From an uncultured Victivallales bacterium (GTDB taxonomy: Bacteria > Verrucomicrobiota > Kiritimatiellia > JAQICX01), in the NCBI GenBank assembly GCA_964441455.1, contig CAYTUX010000145.1, positions 1 through 38,496 of the forward strand: 38,496 nucleotides of DNA, read 5' to 3'. A program made the translations under genes and the position numbers. The notes under the pieces were generated by a model that was not told the DNA's origin, did not search any database, and saw nothing but the letters and a program-made list of their open reading frames with translations. Of this stretch, positions 20,276 through 29,230 are shown in pieces. Position 1 is the stretch's first letter. Every line of letters begins with the position of its first letter.

Positions 20276-21013
20276 ATGAAAGAACAAGATACAATAATCT
20301 CTATAAAGGATGTGAACAAACAATTTAATCTACAGGGTAATACTGTATATGCTCTGAAAGATATATGTCTTGATATTTTTCAGGGAGAATATATTAGTGT
20401 TATGGGACCATCAGGTTCTGGTAAATCAACTTTGTTCAATATGATTGGAGCTTTAGATAAACCGACTTCAGGCTCTGTAAGTATTAAAGATGTCGAACTT
20501 ACGAGTTTATCAAGTTCACAGCTTTCATATTTCAGGAACAACTACATTGGTTATGTGTTTCAGTCCTTTAATCTTCTTCCTGCCATGTCAGCACTGCATA
20601 ATGTTTCACTTCCAATTCTTCTGACAGGAGTTTCACCGGCAGAAGCAGAACATAGGGCAAAAGAGGTTTTGGATCAGGTTGGATTGGCAGATCGAGTCTA
20701 TCATAGACCTGATGAGCTTTCCGGCGGGCAGCAGCAGCGTGTTGCCATTGCAAGAGCTCTTGCAAATGAACCTATGATTATTCTTGCAGATGAGCCTACA
20801 GCCAACCTTGACTTGAAAACAGGTGAGCAGATTATTGAGATTCTATCTTCATTAAGTCGGGAGAAGGGTGTTACAGTTGTGACAGCTACTCATGACCATA
20901 AGATGCTTGCATCAAGCGACAGAGTTGTCTGGATTAGTGACGGAAAAATTGCTCGTGTTGAAAGACGAGAAGACCTTAATATCAAGGTTGGTACAATTGA
21001 TGGTGAAGAGTAG
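20276..21013 (+). CDS. ABC transporter ATP-binding protein (LolD/MacB-type), second paralogue
   Basis: GPSGSGKS, FQSFNL, LSGGQQQRVAIAR, ILADEPTANLD, ATHD. Confidence 0.95.
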   Translation: MKEQDTIISIKDVNKQFNLQGNTVYALKDICLDIFQGEYISVMGPSGSGKSTLFNMIGALDKPTSGSVSIKDVELTSLSSSQLSYFRNNYIGYVFQSFNLLPAMSALHNVSLPILLTGVSPAEAEHRAKEVLDQVGLADRVYHRPDELSGGQQQRVAIARALANEPMIILADEPTANLDLKTGEQIIEILSSLSREKGVTVVTATHDHKMLASSDRVVWISDGKIARVERREDLNIKVGTIDGEE

Positions 21014-21029
21014 TTCGTTTATTGCTCAT

Positions 21030-21053
21030 AAACGGGCTATGCCCGTTTTTTTT
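21030..21053 (+). terminator. Rho-independent terminator closing the transporter operon
   Basis: AAACGGGC-TAT-GCCCGTTT hairpin running into a T8 tract. Confidence 0.8.
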
Positions 21054-21125
21054 GTGACCAAATAAAAGAGATAAATAGGAACGAGAAATATATTGCTCAA
21101 AACAGATGTGATTTGAAAGGAAAAT

Positions 21126-22013
21126 ATGAGAGCTAGTTTAGAGTGTATTCCCTGCTTAATAAGACAGTCACTTGATGCTTGTAAATTAGTTGTTGAGGAT
21201 GCCGAGCTGCAGTCTGAAATAATGAAAAAAGTGCTTCGTAGTGTTGCAGAATTTGATATGAATCTTACACCTCCTGAAATGGCACAGAAAATTCACCGCA
21301 TTATTAAAAAAGAGACAGGATGTGATGACTTATATTTTAAAATTAAAGAAAATTCTACAGATATAGCATTGAGAATCAGCAAAGATTTTGATATAGTTAA
21401 ATCTGAATATCCTTTTGAAAAGGCTGTCAGATTTGCAATTGCCGGTAATATTATTGATTTTGGAGTAAAGTCCACATGTAGTGACGAATATATAAAAGCA
21501 TCTTTTGATAAAGCAGAGCATATTGATATTGACTCAGTTATGATAAGAAAACTTTATGATGAAATTGCTGAAGCTGAAACAGTTTTAGTACTTGCAGATA
21601 ATGCAGGAGAAGCTGTTTTTGACAAACTTCTTATTGAAACTTTTCCGGGAAATGCAGAAGTCATTTATGCTGTTAAGGGCAAGCCGATTTTAAATGATGT
21701 CACACAATATGAGGCAGAAAAGTCTCAAATTAATTCAGTTGCAACAATTATTTCCAATGGTACAGATGTTCCCGGAACAGCTTTAAATCAATGCACGCCT
21801 GAATTTGTTGAACAATTTAATAATGCCGATGTAATAATTGCAAAAGGTCAGGGGAATTTTGAATCGCTTAATGAAAATGAGAAAAAAGTATACTTTCTTT
21901 TTCAGGTGAAATGTTCAGTCATTGCAGATCATTATAATTATAAACTTGGCGACTGGATGGTTACAAATAGTGAGGTAACGAGAAGTTTTTATGAAAATAA
22001 CAATTTTAGTTGA
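21126..22013 (+). CDS. DUF89/ARMT1-like damage-control metal-dependent phosphatase
   Basis: ECIPCL, AIAGNIID, DNAGE, LNDVT, KGQGNFESL, KC motifs. Confidence 0.88.
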   Translation: MRASLECIPCLIRQSLDACKLVVEDAELQSEIMKKVLRSVAEFDMNLTPPEMAQKIHRIIKKETGCDDLYFKIKENSTDIALRISKDFDIVKSEYPFEKAVRFAIAGNIIDFGVKSTCSDEYIKASFDKAEHIDIDSVMIRKLYDEIAEAETVLVLADNAGEAVFDKLLIETFPGNAEVIYAVKGKPILNDVTQYEAEKSQINSVATIISNGTDVPGTALNQCTPEFVEQFNNADVIIAKGQGNFESLNENEKKVYFLFQVKCSVIADHYNYKLGDWMVTNSEVTRSFYENNNFS

Positions 22014-22812
22014 TAATCATGCATTAGAAGGATTAAGCTGTGAACATGGTTTTTCGATGTTTATTGAAAACGGCAATAATAAAATATTATTTGACACAGG
22101 TCAGCTTGATTCTCTTCAAAAGAATGCTGACAAACTAGGAGTAGATTTATCTTGTATTGATACGCTGGTTCTTAGTCATGGTCATTATGATCATACAGGC
22201 GGGGTCTGTTATGTATTGTCAAAGTCTCCTAATGCAAAAGTTTTTATTAATAAAAGTGGTTTTGCCGATCGCTATAGTATACGCAATAATATTCCAAAGA
22301 ATATAAATATTCAGTCTAGTTCCTTGGAAGCATTGCAGTCACTTGATAATGAACAATTAGTTGATACAAAGAGACCGACAATGATTGATGAAAACATTGG
22401 TGTAACCGGTTATGTGCCGAGAAAAAACAATTTTGAAGATACCGGTGGTCCGTTTTTTCTTGATAAAGAGGGATTAATTGAAGATTCAATTGAAGATGAT
22501 ATGGCGATGTGGATAGAGACAGACAAAGGTCTTGTGATCTGTGTTGGATGTTCTCATTCGGGAATTATTAATATTATAAACTATATTATAGAGATTACCG
22601 GTGAGAGCAATATTCATACATTAATTGGAGGTTTGCATTTAGTTAATGCTGATGATAATAGAATGAAGAAAACAATTGAGGGGTTGAGAACGTTTAATAT
22701 AAAACATTTAATACCTTGTCATTGTACGGGAGAAGAAGGTGTTAAGGCTCTTTTAGATGAATTGGGGTCTACTATAACACCTGGTTTTGCAGGGTTTGAG
22801 CACAATGTTTAA
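21991..22812 (+). CDS. Metallo-beta-lactamase-fold hydrolase (MJ0301/COG1237-like)
   Basis: EHGFS, FDTG, SHGHYDHTGG, GCSHSG, GGLHL, HCTG. Confidence 0.9.
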   Translation: MKITILVDNHALEGLSCEHGFSMFIENGNNKILFDTGQLDSLQKNADKLGVDLSCIDTLVLSHGHYDHTGGVCYVLSKSPNAKVFINKSGFADRYSIRNNIPKNINIQSSSLEALQSLDNEQLVDTKRPTMIDENIGVTGYVPRKNNFEDTGGPFFLDKEGLIEDSIEDDMAMWIETDKGLVICVGCSHSGIINIINYIIEITGESNIHTLIGGLHLVNADDNRMKKTIEGLRTFNIKHLIPCHCTGEEGVKALLDELGSTITPGFAGFEHNV

Positions 22813-22883
22813 TGGTTCATAAAACAACATTGATAATAATTCATTGCCATGAGTCATAAAAGGTTCTGTTGAAAATTCTATAA

Positions 22884-22965
22884 AAAAAATGTTCCGGTCT
22901 CTGCTGAGATCGGCTGCAGATGGGAAACAGCAAGATGAATGTTGTTTTGCAGATTGCCAATTGTA
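22884..22965. repeat. ~80-bp direct repeat, copy 1 (left flank of REP array)
   Basis: Identical to 23160-23241 except for one substitution (GAGATCGG vs GAGACCGG). Contains the hairpin CCGGTCTC-TGCT-GAGAYCGG. Confidence 0.92.
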
Positions 22966-23164
22966 GCTGAGTCGCTCCGGCTCGGAAAACTGTAGCTGAG
23001 TCGCTCCGGCTCGGAAAACTGTAGCTGAGTCGCTCCGGCTCGGAAAACTGTAGCCGAGTCGCTCCGGCTCGGAAAACTGTAGCCGAGTCGCTCCGGCTTG
23101 GAAAACTGTAGCCGAGTCGCTCCGGCTCGGAAAACTGTAGCCGAGTCACTCCGGCTTGGAAAAA
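22962..23164 (+). repeat. Tandem array of 7 x 29-bp GTAG-REP-like units
   Basis: Unit TGTAGCYGAGTCGCTCCGGCTYGGAAAAC starts at 22962, 22991, 23020, 23049, 23078, 23107 and 23136. There are no spacers. Each unit can form a CCGAG...CTCGG hairpin. Confidence 0.95.
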
Positions 23165-23241
23165 ATGTTCCGGTCTCTGCTGAGACCGGCTGCAGATGGG
23201 AAACAGCAAGATGAATGTTGTTTTGCAGATTGCCAATTGTA
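23160..23241. repeat. ~80-bp direct repeat, copy 2 (right flank of REP array)
   Basis: See copy 1; offset 276 bp. Confidence 0.92.
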
Positions 23242-23313
23242 AGCGAGGTCAGCCTGTCCAGCTGTCAAACCCTGCGGGTAATATTTGATGGCTGTGGCAG
23301 ACCCTGGAATATT

Positions 23314-23340
23314 GTAACCGAGGTCCGCAGACCTCGGAAA
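23314..23340 (+). repeat. REP-like palindrome related to the array unit
   Basis: GTAA-CCGAGGTC-CGCA-GACCTCGG-AAA, a perfect 8-bp stem. Confidence 0.65.
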
Positions 23341-23485
23341 GAAAAAACAGGAAAATTAAAAATTTTTATGGAATGATTAAACTGCTCCTCCAGCGTGCTG
23401 AAATTTATTTGTTATTATAATCCTAGGCTTTGTCTAGGGCTTAAATGCAGCAGCGTTGAGAACAAAAATTTAAATAAAATAAGGA

Positions 23486-24910
23486 ATGAAGAAAATGGCA
23501 AAAGCAAAAGAAGTTTCATTTGATTGGTCACCCAGGAATGGTTGGGATGGTTTAACAAAACGTGAAGAAAAAGTTTTGGAGAAATATTGTTCTGAATATA
23601 TGGAGTTTTTAAGCAAAGCAAAGACAGAACGTCTTGCATACGATGAATCTGTAAAGCTTGCTGAAGCTTATGGGTATATGAATATATCCTCAAAAAAGAA
23701 GCTTAACCCCGGCGACAAAATATATATTGGTTTCAATGGTAAGACAATCATGCTTATGAGCATCGGCAGGACACCTTTAACTGATGGTTTAAGAATTGTC
23801 GGCGGGCATACAGATGCACCTCGTTTGGACTCCAAACCTGTTCCGCTGTATGAAGACGGCGATGTTGTTCTTTTAGATACCAGTTACTATGGCGGAATCA
23901 GAAAATATCATTGGGTATCCTCAACTCTTGCAATACATGGCGTAGTTATCAAGCAGGATGGTTCAAAAGTTGATATTGCAATCGGCGAAGATATAACCGA
24001 TCCAATCTTTACAATAACAGATTTGCTTCCACATCTTGCCGCAAAGCAATCAAAAAAACCTTTAGCAACAGCAATCACAGGCGAGGGGCTAAATGTTCTT
24101 GTCGGCAGCAGACCGATTGACAAAAAATCAGATAAAAATAAACATCCTATTAAGGACAATATACTAAAGATTCTTAATGAAAAGTATGGCATTACGGAAG
24201 AGGATTTTGTAAGTTCAGAGCTTGAAATTGTTCCATCCGGACCGGCAAGAGAAGTTGGATTTGACAGATCCATGATTGGTGGATACGGACATGACGACAG
24301 GGTGTGTGCATATGCAGGATTAAGAGCAGCCCTTGATATGGAAGAGATTCCGGAATACACCTCTGTTGTGCTTATGTGTGACAAAGAAGAGATTGGTTCA
24401 GAAGGTAATACCGGTATGAACTCATTTTTCTTTGAAAATGCAGTTGCAGAAGTTCTTGCTCTTGAAAATTCAAAGTCAACCAATCTTAACGTTCGTCGCT
24501 GTCTGAGTCGCTCAAAAATGTTATCTGCAGATGTCTGCTGTCTGCATGATCCTAACTATCCTGATGTAAGTGCACCAAACGGAAATATGGCTAAAATGAA
24601 TCATGGATGTGTTTTAGTTAAATATACAGGTAGCAGAGGCAAAAATGGTGGTTCAGATGCCGGTGCAGAATTTGTCGGAGAAATACGAAAAATATTTAAT
24701 GACGCAAAAGTTTGCTGGCAGACAGGATTGATTGGCAAGGTTGATGAAGGTGGGGGTGGTACAATCTCTAAATTCATGGCAAGATATGGGATGGAAGTTA
24801 TTGATTGTGGAGTAGGGCTTTTTGGAATGCATTCGACATTTGAGGTTGCCGGTAAAATTGATATTTATATGACATACAAAGGATATAAAGCGTTTCTTGA
24901 AAACAAATGA
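23486..24910 (+). CDS. M18 family aminopeptidase (ApeA/aminopeptidase 1-like)
   Basis: KTER, GHTDAPRL, YYGGI, GHDDRVC, DKEEIGS, SADV, GGGGTI, MHS: full set of metal-ligand motifs. The start may be at 23495. Confidence 0.92.
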   Translation: MKKMAKAKEVSFDWSPRNGWDGLTKREEKVLEKYCSEYMEFLSKAKTERLAYDESVKLAEAYGYMNISSKKKLNPGDKIYIGFNGKTIMLMSIGRTPLTDGLRIVGGHTDAPRLDSKPVPLYEDGDVVLLDTSYYGGIRKYHWVSSTLAIHGVVIKQDGSKVDIAIGEDITDPIFTITDLLPHLAAKQSKKPLATAITGEGLNVLVGSRPIDKKSDKNKHPIKDNILKILNEKYGITEEDFVSSELEIVPSGPAREVGFDRSMIGGYGHDDRVCAYAGLRAALDMEEIPEYTSVVLMCDKEEIGSEGNTGMNSFFFENAVAEVLALENSKSTNLNVRRCLSRSKMLSADVCCLHDPNYPDVSAPNGNMAKMNHGCVLVKYTGSRGKNGGSDAGAEFVGEIRKIFNDAKVCWQTGLIGKVDEGGGGTISKFMARYGMEVIDCGVGLFGMHSTFEVAGKIDIYMTYKGYKAFLENK

Positions 24911-25039
24911 AATAATTAGTTTGCTGCGAAGGAGGAACGCCTTAGATTCTAAACACGAACGTAGTTTGTATCTCCCCATGGAGTGTCTTTGCTATAAACT
25001 GTTCGCTATACACTACCAGAAGAGAGAAAATTTTGAAAA

Positions 25040-26248
25040 ATGAACAGACCACATGATTTATTGGAATGGGAGTGCTTGGTTCCTGAAAAAGGAAATTTTG
25101 CATTTGGATATTATGATCGATTTGCTTGGAATCAATCGGATACTCTGCATCTTGCACTCAAAATGCCGCAGCAGATCAGACTTCCTGAAGTTGATGAAAC
25201 TGCGGAATTGGGTTACATCAAGGACAAGAAATTTGTTAAATTGACCGAGACAAAAGCCTGGTGTCATCAACAAGGATGTATGTCGGTCTTTTTAAATGAT
25301 TCCGAAATTATCTATAATGATGTTGATAATTCAACCGGAAAAGTTATTTCCAAAGTATATAATTTAGATACTCATGAAATTAAGCCATGGGGTGATATGA
25401 TTTATACAATATCCTTGGACTGCACAAAAGTTGCAACACTTGATATTGGACGTATTCCTCGTAGAGGCTACAGTTATGCTTCATCACCGTTGCCTGAAAC
25501 AGCTTTGCCTGTAAATCCAGCAAACGAAGGTCTTTTCATTGTTGATGTTGCAACAAAAGAGAAAAGGCTGATTTTAAGTTATCAGCAGTGTATTGATATG
25601 CACCCTTATCCTTGGGATAAAGAGGGGCAAATGTTCTGGATGAACCATGCAATCTTCAATTGCGATGGAAGCAAGATTCTTGTACTATTCAGGCATACTT
25701 TAAATACCTCTGAACGTTCCGGTGCATGGTGGAGAACGCATATGTTTACTCTTGATGTTGATGGTGGAAATGTCAAGTGTGTGCTTCCTGATGTTTTCTG
25801 GAAAAATGGTGGAATTACTCACCAGATCTGGGGAAGTAAGCCAAACGATGTTCTTGTTGATGCCAACTGGACACATACAGGAAATCATCAGGTGATTGTT
25901 GATGACAGAACTTTTCCTGATAGTCCTGCTCAATTAGTTTCCAAGGGGGCAAATAGGGGAGCACATCTTTTGTACTCTCCTGACGGCAAGTGGATAGCAG
26001 GGGATTCTTATCCTAATGATGGGAAACAGACGTTGACGCTGACCAAGGTTGAGACTGGTGAGTGTAAGATTATAGGTGTTTTCAATCATAATACTCCGAA
26101 TGTTGTAGGGGATATGAGGTGCGATCTGCATCCTAGATGGAATCATGCTGGTGATTACCTGACTGTTGATACCATCCATAAAGGTCCAAGAAAGATTTAT
26201 GGATTATCAATGAAGAAAGTATTCGAGTCATATTCCACACTCATATGA
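25040..26248 (+). CDS. Beta-propeller protein, TolB/oligogalacturonate-lyase-like, function unknown
   Basis: FGYYD, AW..QQG, NH..FN.DG, H..YSPDGKWI..DSYP and RCDLHPRW blade motifs. No evident signal peptide. Confidence 0.7.
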   Translation: MNRPHDLLEWECLVPEKGNFAFGYYDRFAWNQSDTLHLALKMPQQIRLPEVDETAELGYIKDKKFVKLTETKAWCHQQGCMSVFLNDSEIIYNDVDNSTGKVISKVYNLDTHEIKPWGDMIYTISLDCTKVATLDIGRIPRRGYSYASSPLPETALPVNPANEGLFIVDVATKEKRLILSYQQCIDMHPYPWDKEGQMFWMNHAIFNCDGSKILVLFRHTLNTSERSGAWWRTHMFTLDVDGGNVKCVLPDVFWKNGGITHQIWGSKPNDVLVDANWTHTGNHQVIVDDRTFPDSPAQLVSKGANRGAHLLYSPDGKWIAGDSYPNDGKQTLTLTKVETGECKIIGVFNHNTPNVVGDMRCDLHPRWNHAGDYLTVDTIHKGPRKIYGLSMKKVFESYSTLI

Positions 26249-26352
26249 TTATTTGATGGGTTTATATAAAGTTTTAGTAAATAGGTTGACATACGATAGC
26301 GAAGTGGCTTATAGAATTATGGTTTGAATTATTTTTTATCACCTTTTGGCTG

Positions 26353-26598
26353 ATCCCGTAAGGCGGGATGTAAATTAGTTGTGGCGGACGCCGAGGACGT
26401 ATTAGCTCCTACCCTGCTTACCATCAGACAAAGAGTTTGTTACTTCATACCCATGGAGAGAACCTTAACACTTAGCTCGTGCCTCTTAACACATTTTCCA
26501 GAGGTGGCCGAGCTTGCGAGGACGGAGGGGGCTTTCTCCTGTTCTTACAAGACAATATTATAACATATCGGGAGGGGCAGCGTCCTCGCTGACTGAAA
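26353..26598. repeat. Mosaic cluster of palindromic repeat modules
   Basis: ATCCCGTAAGGCGGGAT (26353-26369), GCGGACGCCGAGGAC...GAGGACGGAGGGG (26384-26530, split by an 80-bp insert) and GGGAGGGGCAGCGTCCTCGCTGACTGAAA (26570-26598). All three recur in 33791-33999. Confidence 0.8.
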
Positions 26599-26781
26599 CA
26601 TCATTTAACCATTTTTTGGAAAGAAACTGCGTGGAAATAAAAAGGTGGAAAGAAACAAAGAAAGTTCTTGCAATTGCATACTATATTTGTAATAATTCTC
26701 TGCTTTTTCAATATCGGAAGAGGTGTTGGAGATAATCGTAATAGAAAATAATAATATTAAAATAATTTAAGGAATATAATC

Positions 26782-28875
26782 ATGGCAAGAAAGATCCCTT
26801 TACAGAAGATGAGAAATATCGGCATCATGGCTCATATTGATGCAGGTAAGACAACCGTAACAGAAAGAGTTTTGTATTATTCAGGCAAGACACATAAACT
26901 TGGTGAAGTACATGATGGTGCAGCAACAATGGACTGGATGGCTCAAGAGCAGGAACGTGGTATTACAATTACCTCAGCTGCTACAACAACTACCTGGAAA
27001 GAACATCAGATCAGTATTATTGACACACCCGGGCATGTTGACTTCACAGCAGAAGTAGAACGTAGTTTGCGAGTTCTTGATGGCAGTGTTGCACTTTTCT
27101 GTGCTGTTGGAGGTGTTCAGCCTCAATCAGAACAGGTTTGGCGTCAGAGTGAGAAATATAGTGTTCCAAAGATTGCATTTATTAACAAAATGGACCGTAC
27201 TGGTGCTGATTTCTTTAGCGTAGTTAAAAGTATCAAGAATGTTCTTGGTGCTAATGCTGTGCCGGTTGTTGTTCCAATTGGAAAAGAGAGCGGTTTCAAG
27301 GGAGTTGTTGATCTGATAACTATGAAAGCCGTTGTTTACAGTGGTGATTCAGGTGTGGATTTTGACGTAACAGATATACCTGCTGATCTTCAGGAGCTGG
27401 CTAAAGAGTGGCGAGGAAATCTTGTTGAAAAAAGTGCTGAGCTTGATGATGACTTAATGGAAAAGTATTTTGCAGAAGGTGATATTTCAGAAGCTGAACT
27501 TTTAAAGGTAATCCGGAAATCCACTATTGACCGTAAAATTATTCCGGTTTTATGTGGTACTGCTTTCAAAAACAAAGGTGTTCAACCATTGCTTGATGCA
27601 ATTGTCAACTTTCTCCCATCACCAATTGATATAGATCCTATAATTCATGAAGCAGAAGAAGAAGGTGCTGAAGATATCAAAAGAGCACCATCAGATGACG
27701 AACCATTTGCAGCTTTGGCATTCAAAATTATGGCAGACAAGCATATGGGTAAAGTTACATATATCAGAATTTATTCAGGTATATTAGAGTCGGGAACAAC
27801 GGTTTTTAACAGTACGCAGGAGAAAAATCAGCGTGTTGGGCGAATTATCCGTATGCATGCTAACCGTCAGGAAGCACTTGATATGGCACGAACGGGTGAT
27901 ATTGTTGCTGTTGTTGGTTTAGGTAACACAAGAACAGGTGATACACTTTGTTGCAAAGATAACCCCATTATTCTTGAATCAATTGAGTTTCCTGCACCGG
28001 TTATGTCTATTAGTATTAAGCCTGCAAGTAGAGCTGATAATGACAAAATGGGTGAAGGGCTTCGTTCTCTTGCAGATGAGGATCCTACATTTACAGTTAA
28101 CTATGATGATGAAACAATGGAAACAATTATTGCCGGAATGGGTGAATTGCATCTTGAAATTATTGTTGATCGTCTAAAACGTGAATTTGGAGTTGAAGCA
28201 GAAGTTGGAGCACCTGAAGTTGCTTATCGAGAAACAGCGACTATAGAAGTTGAAGGACAGTACAAGCACTCCAAGCAGAGTGGTGGTAGAGGTCAATATG
28301 GTCATGTCCAATTCAGACTTAAGCCAACAGATCCCGGAAAAGGCTTTGTCTTTAAGGACGAGGTTAAGGGTGGCAACGTTCCTTCCGAGTATATTCCAGC
28401 AGTTGAAAAAGGTGTTATCAAGGCAATGCAGCATGGTCCATACGCCGGATATCCGGTTGTTGATATGGAAGTTACATTATTTGATGGTTCTTATCATGAT
28501 GTTGACTCAAGTGAATTTGCTTTCACAGAAGCTGCACGTGTATGTTTCAGACAGCTTTTCATGAAGAGTAATCCTGAATTATTAGAACCTGTTATGTCAT
28601 TGGAAGTTACTGCTCCTGAAGAATATATGGGTTCAATGACCGGTGCTATCTGTCAGCGTCGCGGTAGAATTGAAGGTATGGATGATCAGGGTGGCATCAA
28701 AATTGTTCGCGGTGTTGTACCTTTGGCAGAAATGTTTGGTTTTTCAAACACAATCAGAACATTAACCCAGGGTCGTGGCAACTTTTCAATGCATTTTGAC
28801 AAGTATGCAGCTGTTCCATATAGTGTAACAGAAGAAGTTATTGCTAAGCGTCAGGCTGAAGATAAAATCAGATAA
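26782..28875 (+). CDS. fusA: Elongation factor G
   Basis: [57 protein letters not shown]. Confidence 0.97.
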   Translation: MARKIPLQKMRNIGIMAHIDAGKTTVTERVLYYSGKTHKLGEVHDGAATMDWMAQEQERGITITSAATTTTWKEHQISIIDTPGHVDFTAEVERSLRVLDGSVALFCAVGGVQPQSEQVWRQSEKYSVPKIAFINKMDRTGADFFSVVKSIKNVLGANAVPVVVPIGKESGFKGVVDLITMKAVVYSGDSGVDFDVTDIPADLQELAKEWRGNLVEKSAELDDDLMEKYFAEGDISEAELLKVIRKSTIDRKIIPVLCGTAFKNKGVQPLLDAIVNFLPSPIDIDPIIHEAEEEGAEDIKRAPSDDEPFAALAFKIMADKHMGKVTYIRIYSGILESGTTVFNSTQEKNQRVGRIIRMHANRQEALDMARTGDIVAVVGLGNTRTGDTLCCKDNPIILESIEFPAPVMSISIKPASRADNDKMGEGLRSLADEDPTFTVNYDDETMETIIAGMGELHLEIIVDRLKREFGVEAEVGAPEVAYRETATIEVEGQYKHSKQSGGRGQYGHVQFRLKPTDPGKGFVFKDEVKGGNVPSEYIPAVEKGVIKAMQHGPYAGYPVVDMEVTLFDGSYHDVDSSEFAFTEAARVCFRQLFMKSNPELLEPVMSLEVTAPEEYMGSMTGAICQRRGRIEGMDDQGGIKIVRGVVPLAEMFGFSNTIRTLTQGRGNFSMHFDKYAAVPYSVTEEVIAKRQAEDKIR

Positions 28876-28894
28876 TTTTATTTTCAGGCTCAAG

Positions 28895-28927
28895 AAACCG
28901 GAAGATTACTCTTCCGGTTTTTTTTTT
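28895..28927 (+). terminator. Rho-independent terminator of fusA
   Basis: AAACCGGAAGA-TTAC-TCTTCCGGTTT, perfect 11-bp stem ending in a T10 tract. Confidence 0.92.
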
Positions 28928-29073
28928 GGTTTGGAAATTGAATACTATGGACAAGATAGACATAATGGACAAAATAATTTGAAGTATTAAGATTATTCTA
29001 ATGGTTGTGAAAACGAATTGTTTTCTTAGCGGCTGGGTTTCTTTTCTGACAATACCATATTAGTCTGTGGATC

Positions 29074-29102
29074 GGGAGGGTCAGTGTCCTCGCTGACCGA
29101 AA
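29074..29102. repeat. Palindromic repeat module GGGAGGGTCAG-TGTCCTCG-CTGACC
   Basis: Related copies at 26570-26598 and 33914-33942. Confidence 0.75.
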
Positions 29103-29151
29103 TTGTCTTTAACCATAAAACAGGGAGATTGAATTTATTCTTAGTTTTGAC

Positions 29152-29181
29152 TTGAGTTGGATTGAGTGTATTTGATATAAT
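29152..29181 (+). promoter_or_regulatory. Putative sigma70 promoter of dnaX
   Basis: TTGAGT (29152-29157), 18-nt spacer, TATAAT (29176-29181) with extended -10 TG. Confidence 0.55.
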
Positions 29182-29230
29182 TACAAGCCAAATTATATAT
29201 TAAAAATAATAACGAATTTATGGTGGTGAA

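Noticed and set aside
22962-23164. CRISPR array
   Set aside because: The 29-bp units are contiguous with no unique spacers, and no cas genes are in the window.
22841-23236. 131-aa minus-strand ORF with repeated peptides
   Set aside because: It is only a translation of the REP array and flanking direct repeats; the 29-bp period cycles through frames, and there is no RBS.
26381-26735. Two short + strand ORFs (60 and 73 aa) upstream of fusA
   Set aside because: They run through palindromic repeat modules, have non-ATG starts and no recognisable motifs.
28930-29230. SRP RNA (ffs) or tRNA-Ser, often found upstream of dnaX
   Set aside because: No SRP domain IV motif or tRNA cloverleaf/T-loop is recognisable; only a repeat module and a promoter are present.
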